Of a DNA stretch of 64,000 nt, positions 24,940 through 37,540 are shown in pieces. Made by a program: the position numbers and the translations under genes. The notes under the pieces were generated by a model that saw only the letters and a program-made list of their open reading frames with translations, was not told the DNA's origin and did no database searches. This DNA comes from Haliotis rubra (taxonomy: Eukaryota), in contig NW_025766968.1 in the NCBI RefSeq assembly GCF_003918875.1, forward strand, positions 4,092,001 through 4,156,000. The letters run 5' to 3'. Position 1 is the stretch's first letter, and each line of letters starts with the position of its first letter.

Positions 24940-26500
24940 ATAGACGACTGAAGTCAGGCCTCCATTCTCATAAACACTGATAAATGTAGTATGCCCTCCA
25001 TGTTAGAATCAGTAGTATGTAGAGACCAGATGGGCAGCCATATTGACTTGCAAGGAATGGAGTATGTGTGATGTTTGTTTGATGTGTACTAAACTACCCA
25101 GCTCCTCTTACATACAGGCTGTGTGGTCAAGACACCTGTGGTCAAAGTGGGATGTTGCTGTTGGTACTAAATAGCCAGGGCTAATCGGTCAAACCTTGTG
25201 GCATGTTGAGAGATGCCACTCAAAACCTAGAGTGTACTGAGGTTCAAACACACCACAGAGTACCAAATAAATCTAAATAGCAATACTGGCTTAGTGCATT
25301 AATCATGAAGATATTTGCTGTAACTCAAATCAAGCGTGATATATATCTTTATTGCATTAATACATCATGAGGATATTTATTGAAGCAATAACTAAAACTA
25401 ACCATGATATATATGTTAAATACATTAATCATCATGATATTTTCTGAAACAACTAAAATTGAGCATAATTCATAAATCAAATATGTTTCAGTATATACAT
25501 GATATTATTCATGAAATCAGGAATAGATACACACAAAGAATACCCATTTTCTGAGTCATATCATTATCTTGAACATCATTATTGACACAAAAGAGTAAAA
25601 CCATCATACACATCAGAAATGTTGTTTAATTATATATTATTCATTAATGAGTATTAATACAACAAATAAAACAAGCCCAAAATAAATAACTGGTCTAAAG
25701 GCAACACTGGCTGATCATGATGTGTACGTTGTTTGTTTGCCTATCTCAGAGGCTGTTATTCCTGCCCTACTGGAATACTTAGTGTGGTGTTGTCAATATT
25801 TCATGTTAAGCCTATAACAGTACTTTATTACACCCCAATCATGCCATGGTCACTCATTACTGACCATTCACATGATACACATTGTGTCCATACCTAGCGT
25901 GCACTTTTCAGCTTATCGTACCCAGGAGACATGGAAGAATATTACCTTCCACAGCGGCCACTTTATTTGATGGTACAGCACTTGCTTTGATCCTAGCCAA
26001 CACAATAATGCCATTGTCGACTTCTACGGTCCATGTACATGACAGTGATATAAAAAATGAGCATAATATTTGTCTTCCACAGCTCAATTAGGTTGCTGTC
26101 AGTAGGCAGATGAATTAATTGTTTAGAAAAATGTCATCAGCACATTCCTAATTAATGAATAGTGAAAAGACTTGAAGCATTATGTGCCATATTGATTGAT
26201 AGTTTTATACGAGCGTCCATTGATTAAGGGTCATTCTGAACACTGAGTGCTGAGAAGGAATAGTGATGGTCTCATTTCTTGATTAGAACATCACTGTCAA
26301 ATGATGGTGCTATTTCATATCAGGTGCATATTTATGAACAGTAAGTGCAATTGGTTATTGATACTCGTAAAAATTGTCATCAGCCATTGATGTCTGATCT
26401 TCACTGATCCACTCACATCATTTTTATTGCTGTTTTGGTTTTTGCACCCCCGTGGAGCCTGTTTTAACGGATAATCAAAACTGATTATTCTCTGCTGTAG
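24940..26500 (-). pseudogene. GPC: Hantavirus-like GPC relic, unit E
   Basis: PGY; SCE..SDHG~SCE..SEGG; VGQ~IGQ; zinc finger CGVFEP..FEWHLSTC~CFTHCEP..FQAHYKVC; IKQTSH~LKTSFH. Confidence 0.75.
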
Positions 26501-26894
26501 ATATTATGAATTGAATTATCTATAGAAGAAGTGGCTGAGAACAAGGAAGTGAGTGTGAAGGATTCCTTCACTTTTATTCATATTTGGTGCATATTATATA
26601 GTAGTATGTCCCACAGTCCCTGAACCACATTATTTCCCCTTCCACCCAGCAATTTCTGCAATGTTAAAGACCTAAATGAAACAAGTCTAGATTTCCTCAA
26701 GTTTTGATTCCCACAACTCAGTAGGGCTCCTGTTCAATTAAAGGAATTATTTGTTTCTACCAATATTATAAATATTAAGAAACTAAGTGTTAGTCCAATC
26801 ATGGAGTTGGAACATCAGTAAGGGTCTTCACAACTGTGCACAATAAACCCTGGTCTTCTTCATGACAAGCCATTACCTTAACCATGAGGGCCCA

Positions 26895-27025
26895 ACCTCT
26901 GTGGTGTAGTGGATAGTGTGTTTGCACAGAGAAGGGAAGAGTAGTTTGATGCCTGGTGTCATCATACCAAAGTCATAAAAAGGTGGTGCTTGATGTTACC
27001 CTGCCATGCGCTCAGTATGAAAGGA
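26895..27025 (+). mobile_element. Diverged SINE family C head (part of a local duplication)
   Basis: acctctgtggtgtagtgg..catcataccaaagtcataaaaa..ccctgccatgcgctcag. Confidence 0.7.
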
Positions 27026-27094
27026 ATTCACTTTTATTAATATCTGATGCATATCTCAGAGTAAGGGGTGTCACAACTGCGCACAATATTGTAA

Positions 27095-27233
27095 CAAGCC
27101 AGGGTGGGTGAAAGCTTTTACTCATGATCTGCATTCGATTCCCCACATGGGTACAGTGTGTGAAGCCTGTTTCTGGTGTCCCCTGCTGTAATATTGCTGG
27201 AATATTGATAAAAGCAGCGGTAAACCATACTCA
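27095..27233 (+). mobile_element. SINE family B, degenerate
   Basis: ttcgattccccacatgggtac..atattgctggaatattg. Confidence 0.8.
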
Positions 27234-27293
27234 TATTTGTTTCTATCAAAATTATAAATATTCAGAATAAGTGTTAGTCCAATCATCAGAAAG

Positions 27294-27721
27294 AAGGGCT
27301 GCATGGTATTGCCGGTTTACTGGTATTTTGCAGAAAGCTTTTCAAATGATACATATTGCAATATTTTTTCTGAGAACCGTTATATTGGGTAAAAAAACAT
27401 ATCTGAAGTTTTTGTGATTATCTTTATGGTTTAAATTAAAATCTACACATACTTTCATTCACAACAAATGTTTTCTTTCATTATTTAAAGACAAAATGGC
27501 ATCCTGTAGTACTATAAAAGAAAATAGAATCCATGACTATGCAACCTAATTTTGAGATTGCTGTTTAGGAACTTTTAATGTAGAAATAGGACTGACATGC
27601 ACAATTATTGTCACTTACTGTCAAACACTTAAGTTCCCAATACATCGCAATACATATCGCAATACGGGTACCTCAATCACAATATACTGCAATACAAATT
27701 ATTTGCCAATACACAGCCCTA
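27294..27721. mobile_element. hAT-type MITE
   Basis: Ends (a)agggctg..tattg and caata..cagcccta. 8-bp TSD tcagaaag at 27286-27293 and 27722-27729. The empty site survives in the paralogous segment near 26815. Confidence 0.8.
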
Positions 27722-27798
27722 TCAGAAAGGGTCTTCACAACTGTGCACAATAAACCCTGGTCTTCTTCATTAAGCCATTACCTTAACCATGAGGACCA

Positions 27799-27990
27799 AA
27801 CCTCTGTGGTGTAGTGGATAGTGTGTTTGCACAGAGAAGGGAAGATCGGCAGTTTGATGCCTTGTCCCATCATACGAAAGTCATAAAAAGATGATTCTTG
27901 ATGTTACCCTGCCTTGCACTCAATAATGAAGAAGTTAAACAAGGACAGGTGGCTCGAAGTCAGACTACTGTGTCTGAGAGGGGGAGGTGA
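27799..27990 (+). mobile_element. Diverged SINE family C
   Basis: Same head as 26895, followed by the ggctcgaagtcag..tgtgtctgag body. Confidence 0.7.
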
Positions 27991-28120
27991 GCTTACACTA
28001 TATAACTAACATTAGTCCAATTGAGTGCAATCAGACATACACTGTACTCAACATTTATTTTCACGAATCCTAATCCATATTTTACCTCAAACCACCTTTC
28101 ACAATCAGGTTACCCCATCT

Positions 28121-28375
28121 GTATACAAGTATAGGATGGTATATAAATGTATACAAGTATAGGATGGTATATAAATGTATACAAGTATAGGATGGTATAT
28201 AAATGTATACAAGTATAGGATGGTATATAAATGTATACAAGTATAGGATGGTATATAAATGTATACAAGTATAGGATGGTATATAAATGTATACAAGTAT
28301 AGGATGGTATATAAATGTATACAAATATAGGATGGTATATAAATGTATACAAGTATAGGATGGTATATAAATGTA
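28121..28375. repeat. 28-bp minisatellite (~9 copies) inside the N relic
   Basis: Unit gtatacaagtataggatggtatataaat. Confidence 0.97.
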
Positions 28376-28725
28376 TTCTTGTCACTGTGCAGTGATTTAA
28401 GTTCAGTAAAGACAATGATTGCAGCAAGCAAGTCATTGAAAATACGACAGCAGCAATTTCCTCCACATCCAACTTTACCATTTTGGTTTTCTGTAAATGA
28501 TTCCTGATTTAAGAATAGAGGAGTCCCAGACAGTATAGATCTGTCCACATTTACAACTGTACAACAACATTACTTGGAACAATATAGCCCTTAGCACTGG
28601 CAATTGCTTGACAAGACTTAAAGGGGTTTAATAAGTCCGACTGTTTAATAGCCTTTGGCTTTGTACATGAAACAACATTATAGCTGGAGCATTGTGAGCA
28701 TGAATTATGATTCATATGATTCATG

Positions 28726-28874
28726 AGTGAGTCTGTGAGTAAGGTTTTATGCCGCTTTTAGCAATATTCCAGCAATATCATGGCAGGGGACACCAGAAAT
28801 GGGCTTCACCCATTGTACCCAGAGTCTTCGCCATGAAGAGCGAACGCTTTAACCATTAGGCAACCCACTGCCCC
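28726..28874 (-). mobile_element. SINE family B
   Basis: 11-bp TSD tatgattcatg at 28715-28725 and 28875-28885. Confidence 0.9.
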
Positions 28875-28899
28875 TATGATTCATGCTCTAACATCTGAT

Positions 28900-29980
28900 A
28901 ACCTTCCCATGATGTAATATTTTGGATTGGCCATTCTTTTAAACTTCTCCATGTATACAAGAGTTTCCTGTGCCTTTTGTAGCAATTTTAATGACATACA
29001 TAGAAATTAATTGTGACAGTGTTGTATTGTAGACCTTTGTCACAATACAGGTTTGGAAGCTCCCATATATGTAACTGTTATTGCTCTAGCAGCATAAACC
29101 CATCTTACTCCATAATCAATACATCCATTTGACAGCTTCTTCATTCCATCAGTGAGTGAGTTGGGTTTTATGCTGCTTTTAGCATTATTCCAGAAATGGG
29201 CTTTACACATTATACTCATGCAGGTAACTGGACAGGATTTGGGATGTGATAAGCTAATGGTTTAACCACTAAGCTATCCCATTGTTGTCATTTCAGTGGC
29301 ACAAACAGTAAACAGACAGATAGTAAACAAACACATACACAAACACACACACACACACACACACACACGCACTGCACCAATTACATAGATCAATGCTCAT
29401 TATGTCAATCACCAGTTTGGTTGTCTCAAATATTTACAGACATCCACCATATAGCTGGAATATAGCACAACAAGCAGTAACACACAAATGAACTAAGTAT
29501 AAACAGGATCTGATGGTTATATCACATGATCTGGCTTACCATGTGCATAAAACCCTGATGACATGGGCAGTTGCTCTTGTTATCAACCACTGGATTGACT
29601 GGCTTAGACCTGACAGCTACCACGTCACCACAATAGAACCGGAAGGTTAATGACTAGGCCATAAAACAACATTCTCTAACCCTCTGTTAAATCCAGATGT
29701 AGAGGATGAGCATGCTAAAGGCATCTATTCATGTATATTGTACATACTCTAATGGAATGGGCAAGTCACATCTGAGGCCCGTAGTCTCTAATAATTGTGT
29801 ATAAATATTGATGTTCTATATCCAGAGGCACATCTGATCTAACACCAGTCCAGTCCATAGTGCTTGCATGGACCACATTTCATCAGTCGCCTGTCCATAT
29901 TCTATGGTGTGCATGCAGCTGAATTGAACAAATGTTATCGAAATATTCACTGTTCATCTTTTTAAATTCTTGAGAAGACA
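28900..29980 (-). pseudogene. N: Solitary nucleocapsid relic, interrupted at ~29150-29690 by SINE fragments and (CA)n
   Basis: MSSQEF~MATMEEL; TMDWTGV~TADWLSI; TYMGASK~TIMASK; GLQ~GIQ; AQETLVYMEKFKRMAN~AQSLIDVKVKEISN. Confidence 0.6.
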
Positions 29981-30049
29981 TTCATTTGATTTTATACAAA
30001 ATGCAACATTCAGACTTAGAATTCTAGGATATGATGATTAGATGATAAA

Positions 30050-31010
30050 ATACCATTAGTTGGAATCTGTCGATTCAAGCTCAAAGATTCATTTCAGCCC
30101 TTTGAATTTTCTGGTAGAGTGAGTTATTCATGACTCCACTCTGTTCCAGTCAAACGCAACACTATTTGCCATGAGTTCATATAAGGCAGTGTTGACTGTT
30201 TGGAGTGTTATTGCTGGTCTACCATGGACTTGCCATTTATCACAGGAACTTCTCCAAGCAATATTGACTTTACCATTGAAATGCAGTCAATATTGAAATC
30301 TCCAGAGAAGACACTGCCAGCCGTGTTTATTGTACAACTTTTCAAAGCTAGGACGGTTAAAGTGGCCTCTCTTTAACACCTTGAGAATCCTATATCTGAA
30401 TTGATGACACAGTAGCTAAACGCATTATAACCTTTGACAGTTTAAATGGGCTCGAATCTGGAATCTGAAGATGGCGATAATATGTATGATTGTCTGAGGC
30501 TTCGGAAATGTCACAGCATTTGATGCTTTCAAAATATGGTCCGCATTGAAAGGGGATCTGGAACATGTCATTAAGAAATCATCAGAACGTTGATGATGTT
30601 GATATTGATGGCAAGGACATGAACAGCATTGAGAGATGAATAGCTGGGGATGAGTTTGGGTGGGAGGCGGGACAGAGTTCTGCAGATCCAGAACATGTGT
30701 ATGGATTCCCGTGACATGATTTCCCCCTGCTTGAGCTCCTCCAGCACTGAAAATGACATTGATATATTCCATATCAATGCCAGCTACTCCTTTGTCTTAG
30801 ATTTCCAGTGTGGAAAGGAGCTGAGCTTTTGCCCAAATTACAAGGATATTCAAACTGTGTGTGTCAAGAGCAGACACCATTTCTCTGTGATTATAGTGTC
30901 TGACTATCACAACTCAATCCCTCCAGTCAGAAATCAATGTTAGGTGATATGGACTTGAGGTGTATAAGTAAAAGGCGTCATATTGAAGTCAGACGTCTTG
31001 ATATAGATAT
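30050..31010 (-). pseudogene. L: Hantavirus-like L C-terminal relic, unit F
   Basis: MVSALDTHSL~MMSRLETVSI; LSRLPPKLIPSY (ORF 30571-30777); AFQW*S~IFKWLS; LYELM~LYHLL. My recall of this part of L is less secure. Confidence 0.65.
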
Positions 31011-31155
31011 GGGTTATGGATAAATGCTCCACACACAGGTCAATTCATGTTATGTGGACATACATTCTTAGGAAATGTTCAATGTGTTGGTCAGTTCATT
31101 TAATAATAGTGTAAAGGAACAGATTCATTGCATTGGTCAGCGAATGTGATACTGA

Positions 31156-31318
31156 GTGAGTGAGTGAGTATGGTTTTATGCCGCTTTTAGCAATATTCCA
31201 GAAATATCACGGCTGGGGGACACACATGGGCTTCACACATTGTACCCATGTGGGGAATTGAACCCGGGACATCTGCGTTATGAGCCAATGCTTTAACCAC
31301 TAGACTACCCAACTGCCG
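31156..31318 (-). mobile_element. SINE family B
   Basis: TSD cgaat(g/a)tgatactga on both sides. Confidence 0.9.
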
Positions 31319-31869
31319 CGAATATGATACTGATATAAGGTCCTAGGAAATTGTTCCATGTGCTGGTCAGTTCATGTATTAATAGTGTAGAAGAAAAGAT
31401 TCAGTGTGTAGGTCAGTTAATTTTATATAGACAATTATGGTCCAAAGATATGATTCATGGCCATTAGATTGTATACAGACATATGGTCCTGAGAAATCAT
31501 TCAGTGTCTGGGTCAGTTCTTGTGATGTATGGACATAAGCTTATAACATATGATTCAGTGTGTTGGCCATGGAGTACATGCTATAGGATCTTAAAAATAG
31601 TTATTCAACACAGTAAATACATGAACTATGGACATAGCAGTGATACAAATGTGAATCATCCCCTTGCAATATGGACATGAATTATTTTAAAAAATTCAAT
31701 GTGTCAGTGGTGAGTTTGTTTATTTGACAGATGTGAACCAAGATTCAGCATGTGAATCCTTCTACTGTCCTCATGTCAGTTCCTGGCAGACCATTAGTGC
31801 TTAGTCAGCATAATCCTTCTAACTTTTAGCAGTCTATACATGAGTCAAGGATTGTTAGGATCAAACTAC

Positions 31870-33000
31870 AATTGCAGCATTCACATAATGTCTGCCTCTT
31901 GATGTTCCAACATGATGACATCTTGTAGCAATCCTCCACAAACACAAAAAACATAAACACAAAAATACTGACAAGAGCGGCCTGATACACAATCTGTATC
32001 AAATGCTTTTATGCTTTTAATTTTAGCATATCTCTGTGACTTCCTTCAATTCTGGAATACTGAGTTGTAAAAACATCATGACAGAAGCAACTACTTGTTG
32101 CCTGGCCTTAGCCCAGTTTAAGTAATCTGTTATGCCATAGAATTATTTCCGAATCTTCTTAAAATGAATTTAACTTCAATAAAAACCAATTTATAAGCAC
32201 CAGAAAAAATGATTACATGAATAAAACACACCATCCCTTCTTGAAGCTAGAAGTTGGAATTAGGTCATGATAACAAAGGTCAGACTGGAGAAGAAACATG
32301 AAATCAGAGTTTGTTGATGTTCTCTGATTGTTCTTTGGCAAAAACATTAAAATACCATCAAGACATTGCAATTTTCCAACCAAGTTTGCTTGGATATAAA
32401 AATCTTCCATGTCAATTGATAATGCCCTTTAGTTGTCCTTATTACAATCATGCTGCAATTTTTAAACCATTTTTTCAGGGTACCCATAACCGCCATCATA
32501 ATTACTAACAATTTCTTCTTATTTTATTTCTTATAATCATACTTCCATCTTGGTTAGATATTTTGTACACGAGTAAAACAAGTTGGTGTAGGGTCACAGA
32601 TATTCATATCCGCAAAATCAATACGTAGGTCAAACAGCCATTAGCTAAACATGGGGATATATGCTGGGGAGGATATTCATTGCCTATTCGCTTCCTGCAA
32701 TTCTGATAGTTCCTTTCTAACAGGGAGGAGAGATTGCTCTTGTCGAAGACCAAGACAGACTCTTTTTCCTGGACAAGCATATGAATTACCAGCAAGTCAT
32801 CTTGAGATCTGTGTATATCATAAGTCCAGTTATTGGGGAATGGCCAGTTGTTAGGGAATCAATACATGTACTACCTTGACATCTCGAGATGTTCAGCAAG
32901 TGACACTGGATGTGGTAATTGACAATCACTACAAATATTTCCTGGTAGATATTGCAATACGCTTAGGTGGGACTTAGATAGTAACGTCCCATTACGATTT
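31870..33000 (-). pseudogene. GPC: Hantavirus-like GPC relic (Gn zinc-finger tail to Gc TM), unit F
   Basis: CSDC..LAEH/CQGSTCIDSLT~CDIC..LETH..CPEGQCPYCMT; KKSL; KLQCLDGILMFL~KLQPGDTLLFL (ORF 32213-32410); TSSFKK~TGSFRK; IKSIKAFD~ITSIKACD; hydrophobic TM. Confidence 0.85.
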
Positions 33001-34039
33001 GTCAAGTTTACTTCCATCAATAAATACATGATATTCTGCCTGTTATACCATTTGAGGTATGTGTTGGTTTTAGAAACTTTACAAACTCATTGGTTCAGAA
33101 CATCACTTCAACGGATAGCTGAATTAATTTTACTAAATAACTTGACAGACAGACAATATATTTTAAGTATTCAAGGCCATGGCCCATATTACAAAAGGGT
33201 TTTAACAAGTGTATTCATGCTGGTCATGTTACAGGTATCTTGTCACTGGATGAGACTAAATTACTTGAACATTACAAGTATATTTCCAACTACAGTTAGT
33301 TAGGATGGTTAACCATCACTTTAACAAAGAGCTGAATTAATTTTACGAAATTACTTGAACATTACATATCTATTTCGAACTACAGTTAGTGAAGATGCTT
33401 ATCCTTAAATGTTCATGGGCAATTCATGAAAGTTTGAACTTTTATCAAATCATCATGATGTATTTCATATCATCCATTTCACATTGTCTTTTATCGTAAA
33501 GTCACATTGTGTTGTTTTTGTTTTTCAGGGAAATGATTGTTACATTTGTCACTCTGTATGGAAAATTCAGTACTCCAACTTAATTAAATTGAAGTCAATG
33601 CCTTTGTTCAAACTCTTAATGTCCAAAGTAACACTTCTGAATTTGATTCAGTTGTTTCTCAAATTCAAACTTTATTCTTTAGTAATTAAATCTGAAATGT
33701 AATTGAAACTCAAAGGAGTAATTGGTTCTTTTTAACCGAATCTTAATAAAAGACAGCAAAGTGATAAGATCATTCAGTACTGCTGGTTACACGTCCAGAG
33801 TTTAGTGCAAATCAATGCTTGGAATTGTTCAACTTCTTTTAATGACAAGATTTTTTTTATAAATAAAACCTAGCAAGTTTCTCGAATGACATTTCTAAAA
33901 CCTTTATTCTTTTTAATTCTTATCAGTTTTACTCCCCAAATCTTTAAGTGTGGCATCAAACCTTTCACTCCCATGATAAATGGGAGGGTACCTTTTAAAA
34001 GAGAAGTTTTCTAAATGTAATTAATTAAACAAGGGCCTT

Positions 34040-34730
34040 CAAATGCTAGGTAGAACAGTGACCTTGGTGTCACTGGCACCTTGCGTGCCGTAATCCAAGA
34101 CCAGCATGCGAATCAAGCGCCAGTTATGGCATATTCATTTCCCCATGGAGTGCCAAGCTACTACCAGCTGATTTTAGTATTACATGTTCAAGGTTACAAT
34201 CTACCAGGATGTACTTGTTATTGGTCAAATTGATTCCCTATTGATGAATGCTCTCTGGACCTAATGGGATGCCATGGTGATGTTGGTCTGACTCAACAGG
34301 GAGTTTCTACTCACTAAGATGGTTTCATTCTAATTAAGCAGTATTGTCATTCAACATGAGACTGCAATCTTCTGAGATCATAAGAATGAAGAGCATTTCA
34401 CACCAAGGACACAGATTTATCATCTTGTCACTCTACCATTGTAGGGCATTTGTAAAAGAGTTTCTGGAAAGTCTTGGAAGCTTAATATTAGAGTGTTTCA
34501 GTTGTAATCTTTCATGGAATAATCTTCAATCATCTTGACCACTGATAATGTCATTTCAGTTCTAACTTTGCTAAGAATGAACTTCAGATTTGCCTACTTG
34601 TTTCTTGACCAATCATTGCCTTGGTAACATCAGCTCTTCTGACACAGCTCTTCATCTTCCTTTTGCTATGGCCAAGCTTTCAGGAATTTATAGTGTGTAA
34701 TGCTGATTGCTATTTCCAGTTCTGTTTACA
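34040..34730 (-). pseudogene. N: Hantavirus-like nucleocapsid relic, unit F
   Basis: VKMIEDYSMKDYN~IRFKDDSSFEDVN; KHSNIKLP~KHLYVSLP; NITMAS~NTIMAS; SIGNQFDQ~SMGIQLDQ. The portion above 34590 is uncertain. Confidence 0.8.
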
Positions 34731-35949
34731 AGACAAATACACATGGTAATCTGAATCCCTGCATATAATACAATGCCTAACAAAAAAACAATTACAACTT
34801 AAAAGGTAAATAATCTTGTCTAGTGATGTTTAATTGCAAATTTGACAAAGTCGTTGTTTTCTTGTTCATTCACACGAAGCAATTCAATGTCATTTTCTTA
34901 CCACCAGTAAAAAGTTTGATGAAAGTAACCTATAGATAAGACAAACTCTTTCCACACACCACTTTTTTTGGTCCTCGAAATTTGGCTTATCTATGGCCTT
35001 ATATGGTATTTGAATTTTAATCTTGTTTAGAATTATCTCCATAGTTCCCAGCCTGCTTCTTGACCAATCATAGCTCTGTTAACATCCGCTTCTCCAACAC
35101 TGAGGTACATCTCACATGTCATTTCAACCTGTTTTTTGGTTTTGTCTTTTAATATTGCCGATGCGATGTAAAATTTTAACTCACTCACTCAACTTGTTTT
35201 TTCATGACTGAATAAACTCTATTGATTGCCAAATATTTGCAAGTACAAGAATAAGTTACATCTGATAAAATGGATAAAATGTCAAAAGACCTCATGCCAT
35301 GGACATTATATGGATGAATCATTCCATTTTGCAAACAGAGAAGGCTTTCAATTATTGTAAAATTTCAGTTAATTTAATAATTCAGAAAATATGATTCACA
35401 TCACCAGTTAAAACCAAGTCTGTTATCATGAATATTACTGCTTTCTTAATCCAGTTGATATTTCATAAACAAGACATTTATGCTTGCCAATGATTGGTTA
35501 GTTTCCTGTATGAGTTTACTGCAGTATAATGCTTTCAAATAACACTGTTCCATCTCATGTTTTTTATTAGATAAAGAAGATAAGGATTAAATGAGTTCCT
35601 ATAATACAATGAATACATACTATAATACATTTCTAATGCCTGGAGTGTGTGAGTGAGTTAAAATTTTAAGTCACATTGGCATTATTTCAGAAAATATCGT
35701 GACTATATCAAGTTACATATTTATAATAATTATAGGTTAATTATCAGAAAAGGACAGTAAAACAACTAGTTTATCACAGAGGTAAATTTAAAAACTAGTA
35801 ATCAAATTTAAAACATTTTAACAATACAAGATGATACAATATAATAATGCCTGGAAATCAACAAAATATGCATGGTGAAATCGGGCGAGAAGTAACCACT
35901 AGTGAGAATGTACAGGAACGGGTTGTTTTATCCAAAAGGTGAGTAGTTT

Positions 35950-36480
35950 ACTCCTCATGAGTCAAAAATGACTTGTGGACTATTTGGGTATGAACAATGG
36001 CGTCTATCCCTGGTAAAATGCTTCTAAATGTTTCTAAATGTTTCACTGCTCACAAGTTCTAACATGAGTTCTGGATAATTTGGTAATGGACAGTGGTGTC
36101 TACCAACACTTAAATGTTTGTAAATGTTTCACTCCTCACGAGTCTGGAATGATTTGTGAACTATTTGGGTATGAACAATGGCGTCTATCCCTAGTAAAAT
36201 ATTTCTAAATGTTTCTAAATGTTTCTCTGCTCACAAGTTCTAAAATGAGTAGTGGACAATTTGGTAATGGACAGTGGTGTCTACCTATGCTTAAATCTTT
36301 CTAAATGTTTCTAAATGATTCAACCCTCACGAGTTCTAAAATGAGTTGTGGACTATTTGCATATGAACAATGGTGTCCACCCATGCTTAAATGTTTCTAA
36401 ATGTTTCTAAATGTGTCACTGCTACAATTTCGATATGAACAATGGTGTTTGCCTGTGGTAAAATGTTTCTATATTTCTAT
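35950..36480. repeat. Hierarchical tandem repeat (~90-bp subunits in ~180-bp dimers)
   Basis: tatgaacaatggcgtc alternates with aatggacagtggtgtc; internal (aaatgtttct)2. Confidence 0.85.
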
Positions 36481-37402
36481 AAATGAACCAACATCTTGTG
36501 TATTATTTTGTCCCAGTTACCATACCATGTGGCTGCACTGCTCAGTAATAGAAATGGCCGCCCATCTATCATAGTAAACTATAATCTGTCAAACACAATC
36601 CCTGGTGACCACCTATCTTGATGCATTAGGGTTAGAGCTATGGAAGCCCAGTGGAGCCATAATACAGATTAGGAGACTGTGGCTCCCTTGAATCTGGAGT
36701 TATGACAAGCTTGTGGAGTGTATTTGCTCGCTGAACTGACAAAACAGGCAATTTGTGTATAGGGAAAACCTATATACATTTGGTCTTTATATGAATGTTC
36801 AATGTGCTGTTTGACTTAGGTGTAACCTTTTCACATGATGTGTTCATGAATGAATAACCCGTTCATATGATGTGGCACATGCTTTGAAAAAAGGTTTACC
36901 TTAAAACTGATATTGTTAAATGGCAACTACATGTCCTTGAAGATGGGTATTGTTCTTTTGGAAGGATTTTGTCTATTTCAGTTAATTAATTTTTAAAAAA
37001 GCCAAAGAATATGTTTTACACAGTTTCAGTAATTTCACGTCAAAACTGAATTATGGTAATATAATAAGTAATACTGAATAAGAAGAATATGTGATTATAA
37101 GATAATTTGAAACTTTGGGGTTATTTTTCAATAAAGCAACTGTGCTCAATCTTAGCACCATGTACTACAACTACTACTGAACTACAGCAGAACCAACAGC
37201 AGTTGAGATGGTTTCATTGGAGCTTTAAACATTACCGCAGTTTCATCTTGGCAAGTCATCTTAATGATTTTAAATAGTCCCAGAGGGACACACAGATGGC
37301 CTAGGTAGGTTAATATCATGGTACTGAAATCTAAACCTACAAGCAGCAAAAGGGTGTTCCAGTACCACAAATTTGCCGTCATCACAAACATATATATTTT
37401 GA

Positions 37403-37540
37403 GGGTGGTGGGGTAGCCTAGTGGTCAAAGTGTTAGTTCATGCCAAAGACCCGGGTTCAATTCCCCACATGGGTAAATATGTGAAGCCCATTTCTGGTGT
37501 CCCCAGCCATGATAGCCTCACTCACACACTCACTCACTCA
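37403..37540 (+). mobile_element. SINE family B
   Basis: Matches the family consensus. Confidence 0.88.

Larger units (their letters stand above)
26560..28700 (-). pseudogene. N: Hantavirus-like nucleocapsid relic, unit E, split by nested insertions
   Basis: KLDVEE~SLDIDE; DLLAAIIVFT~DWLSIIVYLT (28380-28480); IRIRE~IRFKD; ILVETNN~ILQDMRN; NLRKS~KLRKK. 26611-26760 aligns at DNA level with 49031-49180. Confidence 0.7.

Noticed and set aside
26611-26760. Transib-like transposon end (CACAGT) shared with 49031
   Set aside because: No TIR partner. Both copies fall in frame within N relics.
34590-35100. GNDWS as an N motif (~TADW)
   Set aside because: The same DNA (ttcttgaccaatcat..taacatc) recurs at ~35055, so it may be a host repeat. 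Not counted as evidence.
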